This document shows, piece by piece, positions 27,991-38,887 of a stretch of DNA of 56,732 nucleotides. The notes under the pieces were generated by a model that saw only the letters and a list, made by a program, of their open reading frames with translations, was not told the DNA's origin and ran no database searches. The DNA is from Candidatus Hermodarchaeota archaeon. Lineage in GTDB: Archaea > Asgardarchaeota > Lokiarchaeia > Sigyniarchaeales > SOKP01. Location of the stretch: NCBI GenBank assembly GCA_048885525.1, contig JBHLLP010000022.1, forward strand, positions 1-56,732, in the 5' to 3' direction. Every line of letters begins with the position of its first letter. The first letter of the stretch is position 1. Position numbers and translations under genes: made by a program.

Positions 27991-28739
27991 ACAAAACTTT
28001 TATATGGGGTCATAGAGGTGCTGGATTTACTGGATTACAAAATACATTATCTTCATTTCAGAATGCAATTGATATGGGTGTTGATGGTATTAAAACAGAA
28101 GCGCAATTATCAAAAGATAAGGAAATATTTCTTACTTTTCAACAAAATCTTAGAATAAATGGTGAAATTATTCCGATCATCGACCTAGAGAGTGATAAAG
28201 TTAAAAAGTTCAAATTAGAAAATGGTGAATTAATCCCTACCCTTCATGAATTGTTTAATAAGTTTAAAAATTCTAAAATAAGATATAACTTTGATATTAA
28301 AGCACCTGAGATAGGAATAAGAATAATTGAGATTGCTCGTGAGTTTAATTTAATTGATAAAATAGAAATTGCTAAAACTTCAACCGATCCAAATCCGTTA
28401 ACAAAATTATTTTCAAAAATTAGAGAATTTGATAAAAATGTCTCACTGATTAACTCAATTTCTCTCAGATATTCAAAAATAGAGGAGAACCATCTTGAAT
28501 TAGACAGTATGAAAGAATTAAAAGTTGAAGGCATAAATGTTAATTATAACTTTGCAAATTTTGAATTATTCAAAAAAGTTATCAATAAAGGGTTTAAATT
28601 TTATGTTTGGGGTGTGTTGTTCAACCGAAGTATGGAAAAGTTTTTGAAAATGAATTATCATGGAAGATATATTGATGCTATGATGTCAAATTTTCCTGCT
28701 AGATTAGTGAAATTAAGGAACGAAATTCAGAATAATTAA
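27987..28739 (+). CDS. Glycerophosphodiester phosphodiesterase family
   Basis: GHRG, NTL.SF..A, IPTL.E, NFDIK and SNFP; ATGA overlap with the upstream gene. Confidence 0.88.
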   Translation: MNKTFIWGHRGAGFTGLQNTLSSFQNAIDMGVDGIKTEAQLSKDKEIFLTFQQNLRINGEIIPIIDLESDKVKKFKLENGELIPTLHELFNKFKNSKIRYNFDIKAPEIGIRIIEIAREFNLIDKIEIAKTSTDPNPLTKLFSKIREFDKNVSLINSISLRYSKIEENHLELDSMKELKVEGINVNYNFANFELFKKVINKGFKFYVWGVLFNRSMEKFLKMNYHGRYIDAMMSNFPARLVKLRNEIQNN

Positions 28740-28756
28740 AGAGCGTCATAAAAATA

Positions 28757-30034
28757 TTAAGCTTTATTACACCAGATAAAATGATTTTCTTCAACTTCAA
28801 TTTTATGAGGAATTTGAAATTCACACACTTTGGTTCTTGCATCAGAGGTGCATCGAGGATTGAAAAAGCATCCTGATGGGGGAAAAATTGGGCTTGGAAC
28901 TTCTCCTCTGATAATGAATTTTATATCTTCATTATAGGGATCAATCTCAGAGCGAGAAGCGAGCAAAGCTTGAGTATACGGATGAGAGGGATTATTAAAA
29001 ATTTGATCAACACTTCCTATTTCAACAAATCGCCCTAAATACATTACTGCTACGCGATCTGCGATATGATTGACAACAGATAAATTATGTGTTATAAATA
29101 AATAACCATATCCATACTTTTTCTGTAATATTTTTAATAAGTTAAGAATTTGTGCTTGTACAGATACGTCTAGAGCAGACGTTGGTTCATCAAGGATTAT
29201 TAGTTCTGGATTACAAGCTAATGCTCTAGCAATTATAATCCTTTGCTTTTGACCCCCCGAAAATTCATGAGGAAACCGGTCTAAATGTTCCCGTTTTAAT
29301 GACACTTCTTCCATTAACCTAAGGACGTGTTTTCTAATTTCTGATTTTTTTGTAATTCCTAGAAGGTTTTTAATAGGTTCAGCGATAATGTCCACAACTT
29401 TTAATCTTGGATTCAGTGAAGCATCAGGATCTTGGAAAACGATCTGGATTTTTTGTCTTAAATAAGACGTGAAATTTTCAGAAATAGACTTATTGTTAAA
29501 AAATATCTCTCCCTCTTGCTTTTCTACTAAATTTAAAATTGCTCTAGCAACTGTACTTTTCCCACACCCACTTTCCCCTACCAATCCTAAAGTTTCTCCT
29601 GTTTTTATACTAAATGATACACCATCAACTGCTCTTACCGCACCAATCTGTCTTTTAAGAATACCACCAAATAATGGATAATAAACCTTGAGATTTTTAA
29701 CTTTAAGGAGTTTTTTACCTCTTTCAAGTTCATTGATTTCAGATAACTTCTCAAAACTAAAACTATAAAAAATGATAGTTTTTGTAATAAAACTACTTAC
29801 TATAGTTGTTATTAGAATAATTAATAAATTGTAGTAGAAATCTATTGGTATTACAAAGAAGGAGAATGTAAAATAAATAATACTAGGAATCGATGAATAG
29901 AAGTAAAACTGAAATTTTTTTTCTATTAATTGTGATCTATCATCCCAATTAATATAGAAAAATGATGTTGTTAATGAAATAAAAAATATTATTAATATAC
30001 CAACTAGATAACCTACTGTAATTTCAATATTCAA
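28757..30034 (-). CDS. oppF: Oligopeptide/dipeptide ABC ATPase (OppF-like) with about 3 N-terminal TM helices
   Basis: GESGCGKS, FSGGQKQR, DEPTSALD, HPYT and GC.F.PRC. The first ~95 aa are hydrophobic. Confidence 0.9.
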   Translation of the reverse strand: MNIEITVGYLVGILIIFFISLTTSFFYINWDDRSQLIEKKFQFYFYSSIPSIIYFTFSFFVIPIDFYYNLLIILITTIVSSFITKTIIFYSFSFEKLSEINELERGKKLLKVKNLKVYYPLFGGILKRQIGAVRAVDGVSFSIKTGETLGLVGESGCGKSTVARAILNLVEKQEGEIFFNNKSISENFTSYLRQKIQIVFQDPDASLNPRLKVVDIIAEPIKNLLGITKKSEIRKHVLRLMEEVSLKREHLDRFPHEFSGGQKQRIIIARALACNPELIILDEPTSALDVSVQAQILNLLKILQKKYGYGYLFITHNLSVVNHIADRVAVMYLGRFVEIGSVDQIFNNPSHPYTQALLASRSEIDPYNEDIKFIIRGEVPSPIFPPSGCFFNPRCTSDARTKVCEFQIPHKIEVEENHFIWCNKA

Positions 30035-31944
30035 TTATTATCCACCTCTCTATTATGTTTAGGGTTATAAAGATGGCAAGAGACAAAATAATTATGACTA
30101 ACCTCAATAGGTTCAGGTATTATTGAATCACATGGTTCAAAACAAAAATCACATCTGGGATGAAATCTGCACCCTGAAGGAGGATAAATTAGGTTTGGAA
30201 CCGTACCAGGTATTATATCTAATAAATCCTTTTTTTTACTGATTATTGGTACAGAAGATATAAGTTTTTTAGTATAGGGGTGATAAGGCTTGCTAAATAA
30301 AATATTTTTATAACCATATTCAACAATATAACCACTATACATTACAGCAACACGATTACACATCTTAGAGATTATTCCCAGATCATGAGTTATAAAGAGG
30401 ATAGATGTATTATATTTCGACTTTAGATCTTTCATTAGTTGGAGAATTTGATTCTGAATAGTTACATCCAATGCTGTCGTGGGCTCATCTGCGATTAAAA
30501 GTTTAGGGCTACACGCAAGAGCCATAGCAATTTGAACTCTTTGACGCATGCCGCCGCTCAATTCATGCGGATATAGATTGAAAACATTCTCAGGAGCGGG
30601 AATACCTAGCTCTCTCATTAGCTGCTTACTCCAATCTTGGGCTATACTGAAGATACTTTTATTTGATTTAGAAGATTCAATAATTAACTCATGATTTTTA
30701 TGCAGAAGAAATACTTCAGAAATTTGATTTCCAATTTTAAAAACGGGATTCAATGAATTCAATGGATCTTGAAAAATCATTGTTATTTCATTTCCGCGAT
30801 ATGGTAGTATTTCTTTTTCCGATTTTGCTGTTAAATCTTTATTGCCAAATCTTACTGATCCTTTCTCAATTTTACCAGGGGGTCGAATTAATTTGAGAAT
30901 TGATAAGGCAGTAACAGTTTTTCCGCATCCAGTTTCTCCTACTAAACCTAGAACTTCACCTTCTTTAATTTCGAATGATACGCCCTCTACGGCTTTATCA
31001 ACCCCTTCTTCTGTATAGAAATAAGTAGTTAAATCTTTAACATCTAAAATTATATTATCTTTATCCCTAATCTTCAATCCAAGTTCTTTTGATGAGTCCA
31101 TAGCTTTTAGGGCTTCAATTTTGCTTTTTTCAATAGTTTCGGGTAAAAATTTCTTTTTTAAAACTATAAAAAATACAGAAATATAAATAAGTGAAACACT
31201 TAAAGCCAAAATTCTAATATCCTGGTCATAAAGTGTTATTTGGAATAACCTTTTTAGATATAACTCAACTACAATAAGTTGGATTGACCATATGCCGAAT
31301 GAAGCCAGTGCAGAAAATAACATTGAGTTATTAAGTACTTCTTTCGAAATCCGTTTTTCAATTGGATAAGTTCTGTTAATAATTATCGTTAAGGAAATAT
31401 CTATAATAACAATAAAAAAAGCCCATTCAAAACCTAGTAAAAATACATCATAAGATGGATTAAACAAATCTGATGGAATGAGATCTCCAAGCGGAATTCC
31501 TAGGATATCAATTGAAAGGAAGATCAAAGCATTAATCCATGATGCTCCTATGATTAAAATGCCTCGCTTTAGAAATTTATTATTTTGATTGGAATAATTT
31601 TTATCTTCTCGATTAGTTCTAAACTTTTTTATAAAGAAGTTCAAAAGAAGATAAAATATACTACTCATTACAGCAAAAAAGAAAAATTCATTATTTAGAA
31701 GTATAATTTCTTGACTAAAATAACCCAGATAAGCAAGAATATATCTTTTAGTTAAAATAATACCTAATACGATTAAAAGACTAAAATTTATACTCCGATT
31801 TTTATTATTAAGAGAGATGTAGTCCTCTTTTAATATGTTACTATTCGCAATTCTTACGATAAAATATAATATTAATAATGAAAAAAGTGATTCAATAGAA
31901 ATCATCACATAATTAGGATAATACTGAAAGAATAAGGCAATCAT
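30031..31944 (-). CDS. oppD: Oligopeptide/dipeptide ABC ATPase (OppD-like) with a large N-terminal membrane domain
   Basis: GETGCGKT, LSGGMRQR, DEPTTALD and GCRFHPRC. Start reassigned to ATG 31944 (ATGA overlap with the oppC stop, AGGAGG upstream). About 260 hydrophobic aa precede the NBD. Confidence 0.88.
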   Translation of the reverse strand: MIALFFQYYPNYVMISIESLFSLLILYFIVRIANSNILKEDYISLNNKNRSINFSLLIVLGIILTKRYILAYLGYFSQEIILLNNEFFFFAVMSSIFYLLLNFFIKKFRTNREDKNYSNQNNKFLKRGILIIGASWINALIFLSIDILGIPLGDLIPSDLFNPSYDVFLLGFEWAFFIVIIDISLTIIINRTYPIEKRISKEVLNNSMLFSALASFGIWSIQLIVVELYLKRLFQITLYDQDIRILALSVSLIYISVFFIVLKKKFLPETIEKSKIEALKAMDSSKELGLKIRDKDNIILDVKDLTTYFYTEEGVDKAVEGVSFEIKEGEVLGLVGETGCGKTVTALSILKLIRPPGKIEKGSVRFGNKDLTAKSEKEILPYRGNEITMIFQDPLNSLNPVFKIGNQISEVFLLHKNHELIIESSKSNKSIFSIAQDWSKQLMRELGIPAPENVFNLYPHELSGGMRQRVQIAMALACSPKLLIADEPTTALDVTIQNQILQLMKDLKSKYNTSILFITHDLGIISKMCNRVAVMYSGYIVEYGYKNILFSKPYHPYTKKLISSVPIISKKKDLLDIIPGTVPNLIYPPSGCRFHPRCDFCFEPCDSIIPEPIEVSHNYFVSCHLYNPKHNREVDNN

Positions 31945-32936
31945 AATTGTTTCCTCCTGTTTTTTGGATCCAATGCATCTCGTAATCCATCTCCCACTAA
32001 CATAAAACCCATTACAGCTATCAAAATGAAGAGTCCTGGCCAAAAAGCTGCAAAATAGTTTGAGAATTGGACTCTAGCAAAGTTAATATCAGCTCCCCAA
32101 TCTGGGAGACTTCGATCTCCAAAACCTAAAAAACTAATTGAAGTCAAACCTAAGATTGCGGTTCCAACCCCTCCAAAGAAATTTATGATAATGGGCGATA
32201 TAGCATTGGGTATAAGATGTTTAACCATGATCTTAAAATATTTTGCACCTCCCGTTATTGCTGCATCAATAAATAAGCTCTGTTTCACCTGAAGAACTGA
32301 AGATCGCATCAATCTGGCGTAGATGGGAATTGAAAGTAATCCAAAAAAACTCAACATTAGTAGTAAATTTTCTCCCACCATTCTAGCAAAAAGAATCAGT
32401 AATACCACTGCTGGAAATACTATTACTAAATCAGCTAAACGCATTATAATCGCATCAGTCCTACCACCAAAATAGGCAGAAATTGTACCTACTACTACGC
32501 CTCCAACTGATCCAATTATTATGGGAGTAAGACCAAATGAAACCGCAGTTCTACAACCCCAAATCAACCTTCCGAGAATATCATAGCCATTGTCTGTTGT
32601 ACCTAATGGGTGTTCCGCAGATGGGGGTGCGAACGGATTAGCTCCGCTCTTAAGTGGGTTAGTTAATTCTTCAACAGTATATGGCGTTAACAAAGGAGCA
32701 AAAACTCCACAAAATATAATAAAAATTATCATGATAGAACCAACAACTGTTAACGGTGTTAGTAATCGTCTAAATACCTTTCTCTTAGACTGCGTTTTGC
32801 CTATTTCGTACTCAATATCAGAGAATTCAGGATCTCGCCACCCTGGAATCAAATAGAACTTTAAAAGATCAAATATTTTCCTTCTAGGTTTCATTAAGGA
32901 TTTAGTCTTATTTTCCCTAACGTATTTTTGAGTCAT
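31941..32936 (-). CDS. oppC: Oligopeptide/dipeptide ABC permease (OppC/DppC)
   Basis: HPLGT..G.D, SFLG, DWG and GDGLRDALDP. Confidence 0.92.
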   Translation of the reverse strand: MTQKYVRENKTKSLMKPRRKIFDLLKFYLIPGWRDPEFSDIEYEIGKTQSKRKVFRRLLTPLTVVGSIMIIFIIFCGVFAPLLTPYTVEELTNPLKSGANPFAPPSAEHPLGTTDNGYDILGRLIWGCRTAVSFGLTPIIIGSVGGVVVGTISAYFGGRTDAIIMRLADLVIVFPAVVLLILFARMVGENLLLMLSFFGLLSIPIYARLMRSSVLQVKQSLFIDAAITGGAKYFKIMVKHLIPNAISPIIINFFGGVGTAILGLTSISFLGFGDRSLPDWGADINFARVQFSNYFAAFWPGLFILIAVMGFMLVGDGLRDALDPKNRRKQL

Positions 32937-32946
32937 TTTAGCACCT

Positions 32947-34011
32947 CTATCTATATGTAATTCTGGGGTCTATAATTGTATACATAACATCTGCAACTAA
33001 ATTCCCAGATAAAATTATAATTACAGTAAATACCAGAATCCCATTAATAACAGCAATGTCGCCTAAATAAATGGCATAATACATATAGTATCCCATCCCA
33101 GTATAGTTGAACACAAACTCAAGAAAAAGAGCGCCAGTTAATCTGGCGGCTGTTCCCCCAATAATGAGATTACTTGTTGGAATTAAAGCATTTCTAAGTG
33201 CGTGTTTATCAATTACATCATTTTCATTAACACCTTTTGCTCTAGCAGTTCTTATATAATCTTGTTCTAAAACTTCCAACATACTTGCCCGAGTTTGTCG
33301 TGTAATTCCCGCTAAAGAAACAAATGTCATACATATTACTGGTAGAATCAAATGTAAAATTGTGTCCTGCAAGAGAGCTTGATCATTAAATAAAAAACTA
33401 TCAATTATCCTAAATCCTGTCGAAAAGGGCCAATCAGGATTAGGATACCTAAATGTAATTGAATTAGGATGCATGATCTCTAAATTGAGTTCTCCATAGG
33501 TATATACAAATAATATTTGACCAACAAAATATTGAAGCATTGTACCGAGCCAAAAGACTGGTATACAAGTACCTAAAATTGCTATAACTCTAACAATTGT
33601 GTCTTTTGGTTTATTTTTTTCTCTTGCTGCGACAACTCCAAATTTAACAGCAATAATTGGAATAATTATAATTGGAATGATTACCAATTCGAGAGTTTTG
33701 GGAAAAATTTTTCCAATTAATTCTATTACAGGTTCTTCCTCGGATATAATATAAGAACTTCCCCAATTACCCGTAAAGAAATTTTTAAGGTAGATTAATA
33801 ATTGTATGAATATTGGTTGATCGAATCCCATTCTTCGTCTTTCTGCTTCGATTATATCTTGATCGGGCAAAATTCCCAATGCATTCAGCACAGGATCTCC
33901 AAACATCACGTTTGATAGGATAAAATTTACTATTAGGACTAGTAAGAGCATTGGAACCATATATAATATACGTCTGATAATGTACCGTACCATGTTTTTA
34001 CCTTGAGCCAT
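32947..34011 (-). CDS. oppB: Oligopeptide/dipeptide ABC permease (OppB/DppB)
   Basis: GDP, P.T.EL, P.FW, DYIRTARAKG, HALRNAL and DPR. Confidence 0.93.
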   Translation of the reverse strand: MAQGKNMVRYIIRRILYMVPMLLLVLIVNFILSNVMFGDPVLNALGILPDQDIIEAERRRMGFDQPIFIQLLIYLKNFFTGNWGSSYIISEEEPVIELIGKIFPKTLELVIIPIIIIPIIAVKFGVVAAREKNKPKDTIVRVIAILGTCIPVFWLGTMLQYFVGQILFVYTYGELNLEIMHPNSITFRYPNPDWPFSTGFRIIDSFLFNDQALLQDTILHLILPVICMTFVSLAGITRQTRASMLEVLEQDYIRTARAKGVNENDVIDKHALRNALIPTSNLIIGGTAARLTGALFLEFVFNYTGMGYYMYYAIYLGDIAVINGILVFTVIIILSGNLVADVMYTIIDPRITYR

Positions 34012-34090
34012 AAGTATCCCCAGCGCGATATTTTTATTTAAATTCTATTAATAGTAAATTTATCCAATATTTTAACCTAACTATTAACAA

Positions 34091-35560
34091 TTAAGACAAA
34101 TAGGGCTCATCTTTATCAAGAATTACTTTAATCATTTCTTCTCTCCCAGTCTTATTTAATCTTTTAATATAACTGTTAAATTGATCTCTAGTATGATATG
34201 GTCCGCCTTCTTTTAAAATAGTGTCCATAGGGTCGATTTCTGATGTAGAATCCTCCATCATAATTCTAAACCATTCATCTAAAAATTTAAATCCCTCAGT
34301 CACTATTTCTGGTTTATTAGAAGCCAAATTTTTAGTCATATGAAAATCTTTTTCGTAATCAAAGAGCATAATTTCAGGAAAATTTTTCAATCCCGTATGA
34401 TACGTTTTAATAAGCGTCCAGTTATCAAACCGTATAGTACGCTGACAACTCCATGCATTCTGACTAATAACGAGATATTTCCTTCCAAAAGGCTTCCCAT
34501 TTTGTAAATCTTGATAAAAACTCTCTCCATCCCATTCATCAGGTACCTTTATATTCAGTCCTTCTAAAAGTGTAGCAGCAATATCTGATTGATAAATCAA
34601 AGAATTATAGATACTCTTCCAGTTTTTATTAGGCCATTTAATAATCATAGGTATTCTATTGATAATATGGCAAGCAGTTGCATGATCTCCATATACATTT
34701 AACTCACCTTGACCTTCTCCGTGATCCGAACTTATAATGATTATTGTATCATTATATAAATTGTAACTTTTTAAGATTTCAATTAATTTACCCACATATT
34801 CATCAGCATATCTAATACCAACATCATAACCATCGATCCATAATTTAAAATCACTTAAATTATGTATTTCTCTAAACTTTGATAATCTAGGGTCACTCTT
34901 TAAATGTCTTGAACTTCTATATCCTCCTGGTTCACAAGCACTATGAGGGCCATAACTTTTCCGATGCTGATCTATAATCTCTTGAGAAATCCAAGGGGGA
35001 GCTGGATCACTTTCAAATGGATTACCAAAAGATTTGGGTGTTCGATATGGAGTGTGAGGATCCCAAAAATTTACGTGTAAAAACCAATTATCGTTTTTAG
35101 CATTTTCTTTTAACCACTTTTCTGCAAATGGAAAGACTTGATCTGCTCTTTCAAACCCTCTTAATCCTGTATTATACATTTCTCTCCATCCTGCATAAAA
35201 CCAGAAGGCAGAATGACGTTCAGCAAAAGGACTTATAGACACTGTATAATACTTCCTCTTTCTTAATTGACTTATCCAGAATCTTTCTTTCTGTTGATCA
35301 GAAAATCCCCTTTTTTTACCTGTTAATCTAAGATCCGCCGCAGTCCCACCATGTCCAACAATACCTGTGTGAATTCCGAATCTTCCAGTAAAAAATGCAG
35401 CTCTGGAAGGAAGGCAAGGAGCATCACTTGCATAACATTGGGTAAAGATGGTACCCTCTTTTGCTATGTTGTCAATATTAGGAGATGTGTTCCTATTGTA
35501 TCCATAACATCCTAAATGATCTGCTCTAAGAGTATCAATGTCGATGTATAAAATTCTCAT
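34091..35560 (-). CDS. Formylglycine-type sulfatase
   Basis: DTLRADH, CLPSR (CxPxR), DPH.PY and SSDHG. Confidence 0.92.
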   Translation of the reverse strand: MRILYIDIDTLRADHLGCYGYNRNTSPNIDNIAKEGTIFTQCYASDAPCLPSRAAFFTGRFGIHTGIVGHGGTAADLRLTGKKRGFSDQQKERFWISQLRKRKYYTVSISPFAERHSAFWFYAGWREMYNTGLRGFERADQVFPFAEKWLKENAKNDNWFLHVNFWDPHTPYRTPKSFGNPFESDPAPPWISQEIIDQHRKSYGPHSACEPGGYRSSRHLKSDPRLSKFREIHNLSDFKLWIDGYDVGIRYADEYVGKLIEILKSYNLYNDTIIIISSDHGEGQGELNVYGDHATACHIINRIPMIIKWPNKNWKSIYNSLIYQSDIAATLLEGLNIKVPDEWDGESFYQDLQNGKPFGRKYLVISQNAWSCQRTIRFDNWTLIKTYHTGLKNFPEIMLFDYEKDFHMTKNLASNKPEIVTEGFKFLDEWFRIMMEDSTSEIDPMDTILKEGGPYHTRDQFNSYIKRLNKTGREEMIKVILDKDEPYLS

Positions 35561-35796
35561 AAATAGTTATTAAATCTGATTGGAAATAAAGCTAATGATT
35601 TAATTTTCGTTTCTTCTATATGAAGGTTTTAGAAAATTATTACACTAAATATAATATCTGCTCTCTAAATATTAAAATCACTAATAAGGATTATCTTTAC
35701 CTTACTTTTTAAAAGATTTAAATAATTCTGTTACGAAATCATTAATAATATCATTTCATAAAAAATATTAATAACTAATTTACAGAAAATTAAAGG

Positions 35797-37878
35797 TTGA
35801 GCTTAATGAAAATATCATCTAAAAATTTCTTTTTATTAATGGTTGTTCTATTTATCTCAACACCAATCATCGCTACCGCAAATTATCCTAAAACTGCTCA
35901 AACATCAACCAAAAGTTTTGTTGTTGGAACTTGGGTTGCATCTGGATTTGGAGATTGGGAGCCAGCTATATATATCTCTCTACCAAACAACTATTATATC
36001 TGGGCTTGCCTTGAAGGATTAGTTTGGACGGATTTTGCTGATGTTTCCCATCCAGTTCTTGCTACAAATTGGACTATTTATCCCAGACCTGATGAGGGGG
36101 GTCATACAGGGGGCGTTAAAGCAATTGCATTTTCATTAAGGCAAGGAGTCACATTTCATGACGGTTCTGAATGGAATGCAGATGTCGCAAAATGGAATCT
36201 TGATAGAAGTATTGTTATTTCTGGGAATTTGACAGGTAATGGTGATCCTCAAAATAGAGACCTTTTTTGGTTTGACGCTTCACAGTGGAAAGACGATTTT
36301 ACTCCCAATTGGAACTTATCATGGTATAAAGATGATTTGTTTGGATTAGGTAGTGAAATTCCATATATAAATAAAACAGAAATTATAAATCCCTATTTAA
36401 TTAACGTTACATTTAATTCATGGACGATCGGTCCCGGCTATTTTGAAGGCGCTACATTTACAATGATTTCTATGGAGTCTTATAGCGATTGGTATGATAC
36501 TCCCATTTATGGGATTGGAGAACATCCCGATTTCCCCCAGGATAATCCCGTTGTGTTTCCCGGTCATTTGATTGGTACAGGTCCCTATATTTTTGACTAT
36601 TATGATTATGCTGTGACTTCAACAGGGCATCTAATTAAAAATGATTATTATTGGAATAAAACAGCACTTGAATCAGAGGGATTATTTAGTATCACCGATG
36701 TATATATCCGCCATTTTGCTGATTTTCAATCACGAACAACAGCAATATTGACTGGTGAAATTGATTTTATTGCTGATCAAGCACAAATACCAATTACTGA
36801 CCATGACGCTGTAATAGCTGATCCGTTGCTTGAATATGTTCCAACATATCTTGATCCAGGCATTATTGATATTACCTTTAAATGTGAAGAAGGTCTTAAC
36901 ACACCTACCCCTATTGAAGATGGATATGGAGGGATGCCCCCTAAAGAAATTTTTCCAATTTTGACTGGTCTTCAATTACCAGATGGAGTCAATCGAACTG
37001 TACGACGAGCTCTCTCTTATTCATTTGATTATCAAACATATTTTGAAGTTGTTCAAGATGGATGGGGTAATCTTTCACAAACTTGCTTTGGTTTAGAGAG
37101 CATCGTTTATAATCCTAGTGTACCTGAACCATATTATAATGTTACTAAAGCACGAGAGATATTACTCAGTGATCCTTATTACGCTGGAAAAGCAGCAGCA
37201 AGAGGGTTAAGTTCAAGCAATAAAACAGAGGATTGGAATGATGTTGCTCTCTCAGATCCAATTGACACCCATAATATGATGTCTGCTACAGGGTCGGAAG
37301 AACCTGTCTTTATGGAAGCTGCTCTCAATGACATTGGATTCGGTTTTGTAAGTTATACTGATCCTAATCCATGGATAAACCAAGTAGCTACTGGTTATAT
37401 TGTCTTGTATGATATGTTCCCTTTCATATGGCCAAATAGTGCCACTAATCCATGGCCTTTAATGAATGCATTTTTTACCTCTAAAAATAGAGTTATTCCA
37501 TATTATGGATACAATTTTTGCTTTCTAGCAAATGACACTATCGATGACTTATTTACTCAAATATTTTTTTCAGCAGATCCACAACCTCTCTTTGATCAAC
37601 TTGCTGATGAGCTCCAAAACTACCATGTTCCATTTCTTTATATATGTCAGTATCAGCAAGGATTTGGAATTAATAAAGGGTGGAGTTTCACAGAGCAAAT
37701 GCCAGCAAGAATAGGATTCAGCGGACTTCCATATTATGCATGGATTAGCGGAAATAGAATAACCGTACTTACTCCCCCTATACCTGGTTACAATATAGAA
37801 TTAATGTTTCTTATCTCTATTTCAGCATTAATAGGTATTATTTACTTAATGAGACGAAGCAATTTAAAAATTAATTAA
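35797..37878 (+). CDS. Family-5 (OppA/DppA-like) substrate-binding protein with Loki-CTERM-like tail
   Basis: Signal peptide, LRQGVTFHDG, GTGPY and VRRALSY; C-terminal PPIPGY-TM-RR. The true start may be ATG 35806. Confidence 0.88.
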   Translation: MSLMKISSKNFFLLMVVLFISTPIIATANYPKTAQTSTKSFVVGTWVASGFGDWEPAIYISLPNNYYIWACLEGLVWTDFADVSHPVLATNWTIYPRPDEGGHTGGVKAIAFSLRQGVTFHDGSEWNADVAKWNLDRSIVISGNLTGNGDPQNRDLFWFDASQWKDDFTPNWNLSWYKDDLFGLGSEIPYINKTEIINPYLINVTFNSWTIGPGYFEGATFTMISMESYSDWYDTPIYGIGEHPDFPQDNPVVFPGHLIGTGPYIFDYYDYAVTSTGHLIKNDYYWNKTALESEGLFSITDVYIRHFADFQSRTTAILTGEIDFIADQAQIPITDHDAVIADPLLEYVPTYLDPGIIDITFKCEEGLNTPTPIEDGYGGMPPKEIFPILTGLQLPDGVNRTVRRALSYSFDYQTYFEVVQDGWGNLSQTCFGLESIVYNPSVPEPYYNVTKAREILLSDPYYAGKAAARGLSSSNKTEDWNDVALSDPIDTHNMMSATGSEEPVFMEAALNDIGFGFVSYTDPNPWINQVATGYIVLYDMFPFIWPNSATNPWPLMNAFFTSKNRVIPYYGYNFCFLANDTIDDLFTQIFFSADPQPLFDQLADELQNYHVPFLYICQYQQGFGINKGWSFTEQMPARIGFSGLPYYAWISGNRITVLTPPIPGYNIELMFLISISALIGIIYLMRRSNLKIN

Positions 37879-38071
37879 TTTTTTTTAATTTTATTTTTAA
37901 AGTCTTTAAAGTAGGATTTAGTAATTTAAACTCATAAATTCAATCTAAATTTAATTGATTTCTTTTGATAATTTGGTTTGGTTTAATTCAAATTAGTTTA
38001 AATAAAAATGTACGTTTACAATTTATAAGAATTTTTTTAAAAACTGTTTAAAAAATTCAATATTCTAAATA

Positions 38072-38887
38072 ATGAGCAATAATAATCAACATTTCGAAAT
38101 TTCAAAACATAAAGATTATCTTTATGTAATTAAAGAAAATATCTCCATAGTTCATCCTGTTTACACCAATGATCCTCTTAATATATATTTGATATTGGGA
38201 AACCATTCAGCTCTTTTACTAGATACAGGTTGTGGTCTTTCTCCGCTAAAACCTCTTGTCGATAGATTAATTGGAAAACGAAAACTTTTAGTTTTCAATA
38301 CACATTATCATTGGGACCATCCTTTGGGTAATGTAGAATTTGAAGAAGTTTATATTCATGCAAATGAAGTGGATAAAGTCTCGAAACCTTATGATCTATC
38401 ATTCTTTAAAGATTCTCCCAATGAGATTGTAAAAATATATGCAGAACAAGATTTTTTAATTCCTCCCTCAAAGACAATAAAAGCTTTAGAAGATGGAGAT
38501 CTTTTTGACTTAGGTGGAATAGAGGTAAAGGTTATACATTGTCCGGGACATTCTCCTGGTTCAATATGTTTATTAACCTCCAAAGATGAGCTTTTTACAA
38601 GCGATGTGGCGTATTATGGAGATCACTTCTTACCTAAAAAAGAAGATTTTCATATTGTCCTCAAATCTCTTTCTAAATTGATAGATTTGTGTGAAAAACA
38701 AAAAATTTTTGAACTTTATCCATCACATAGAAATTATCCGTGTGATATTACACTTTTGACTGATCTCTACAAAGGAATTGAAAATATTGAGAATATCTGG
38801 AATACAAAAACACCATTTGATTTTTTTAAGGCATGGGAAATTAATGATAATAGTGGCAAATTTAAATACTTTGTATCAAGGTTATAG
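38072..38887 (+). CDS. Metallo-beta-lactamase-fold hydrolase
   Basis: DTG, THYHWDH, PGHSPG, SD and PSH motifs. Confidence 0.92.
   Translation: MSNNNQHFEISKHKDYLYVIKENISIVHPVYTNDPLNIYLILGNHSALLLDTGCGLSPLKPLVDRLIGKRKLLVFNTHYHWDHPLGNVEFEEVYIHANEVDKVSKPYDLSFFKDSPNEIVKIYAEQDFLIPPSKTIKALEDGDLFDLGGIEVKVIHCPGHSPGSICLLTSKDELFTSDVAYYGDHFLPKKEDFHIVLKSLSKLIDLCEKQKIFELYPSHRNYPCDITLLTDLYKGIENIENIWNTKTPFDFFKAWEINDNSGKFKYFVSRL

Noticed and set aside
31945-32043. Tracked N-terminal 33 aa of OppD
   Set aside because: It overlaps oppC; ATG 31944 with an ATGA overlap and AGGAGG SD is more plausible.
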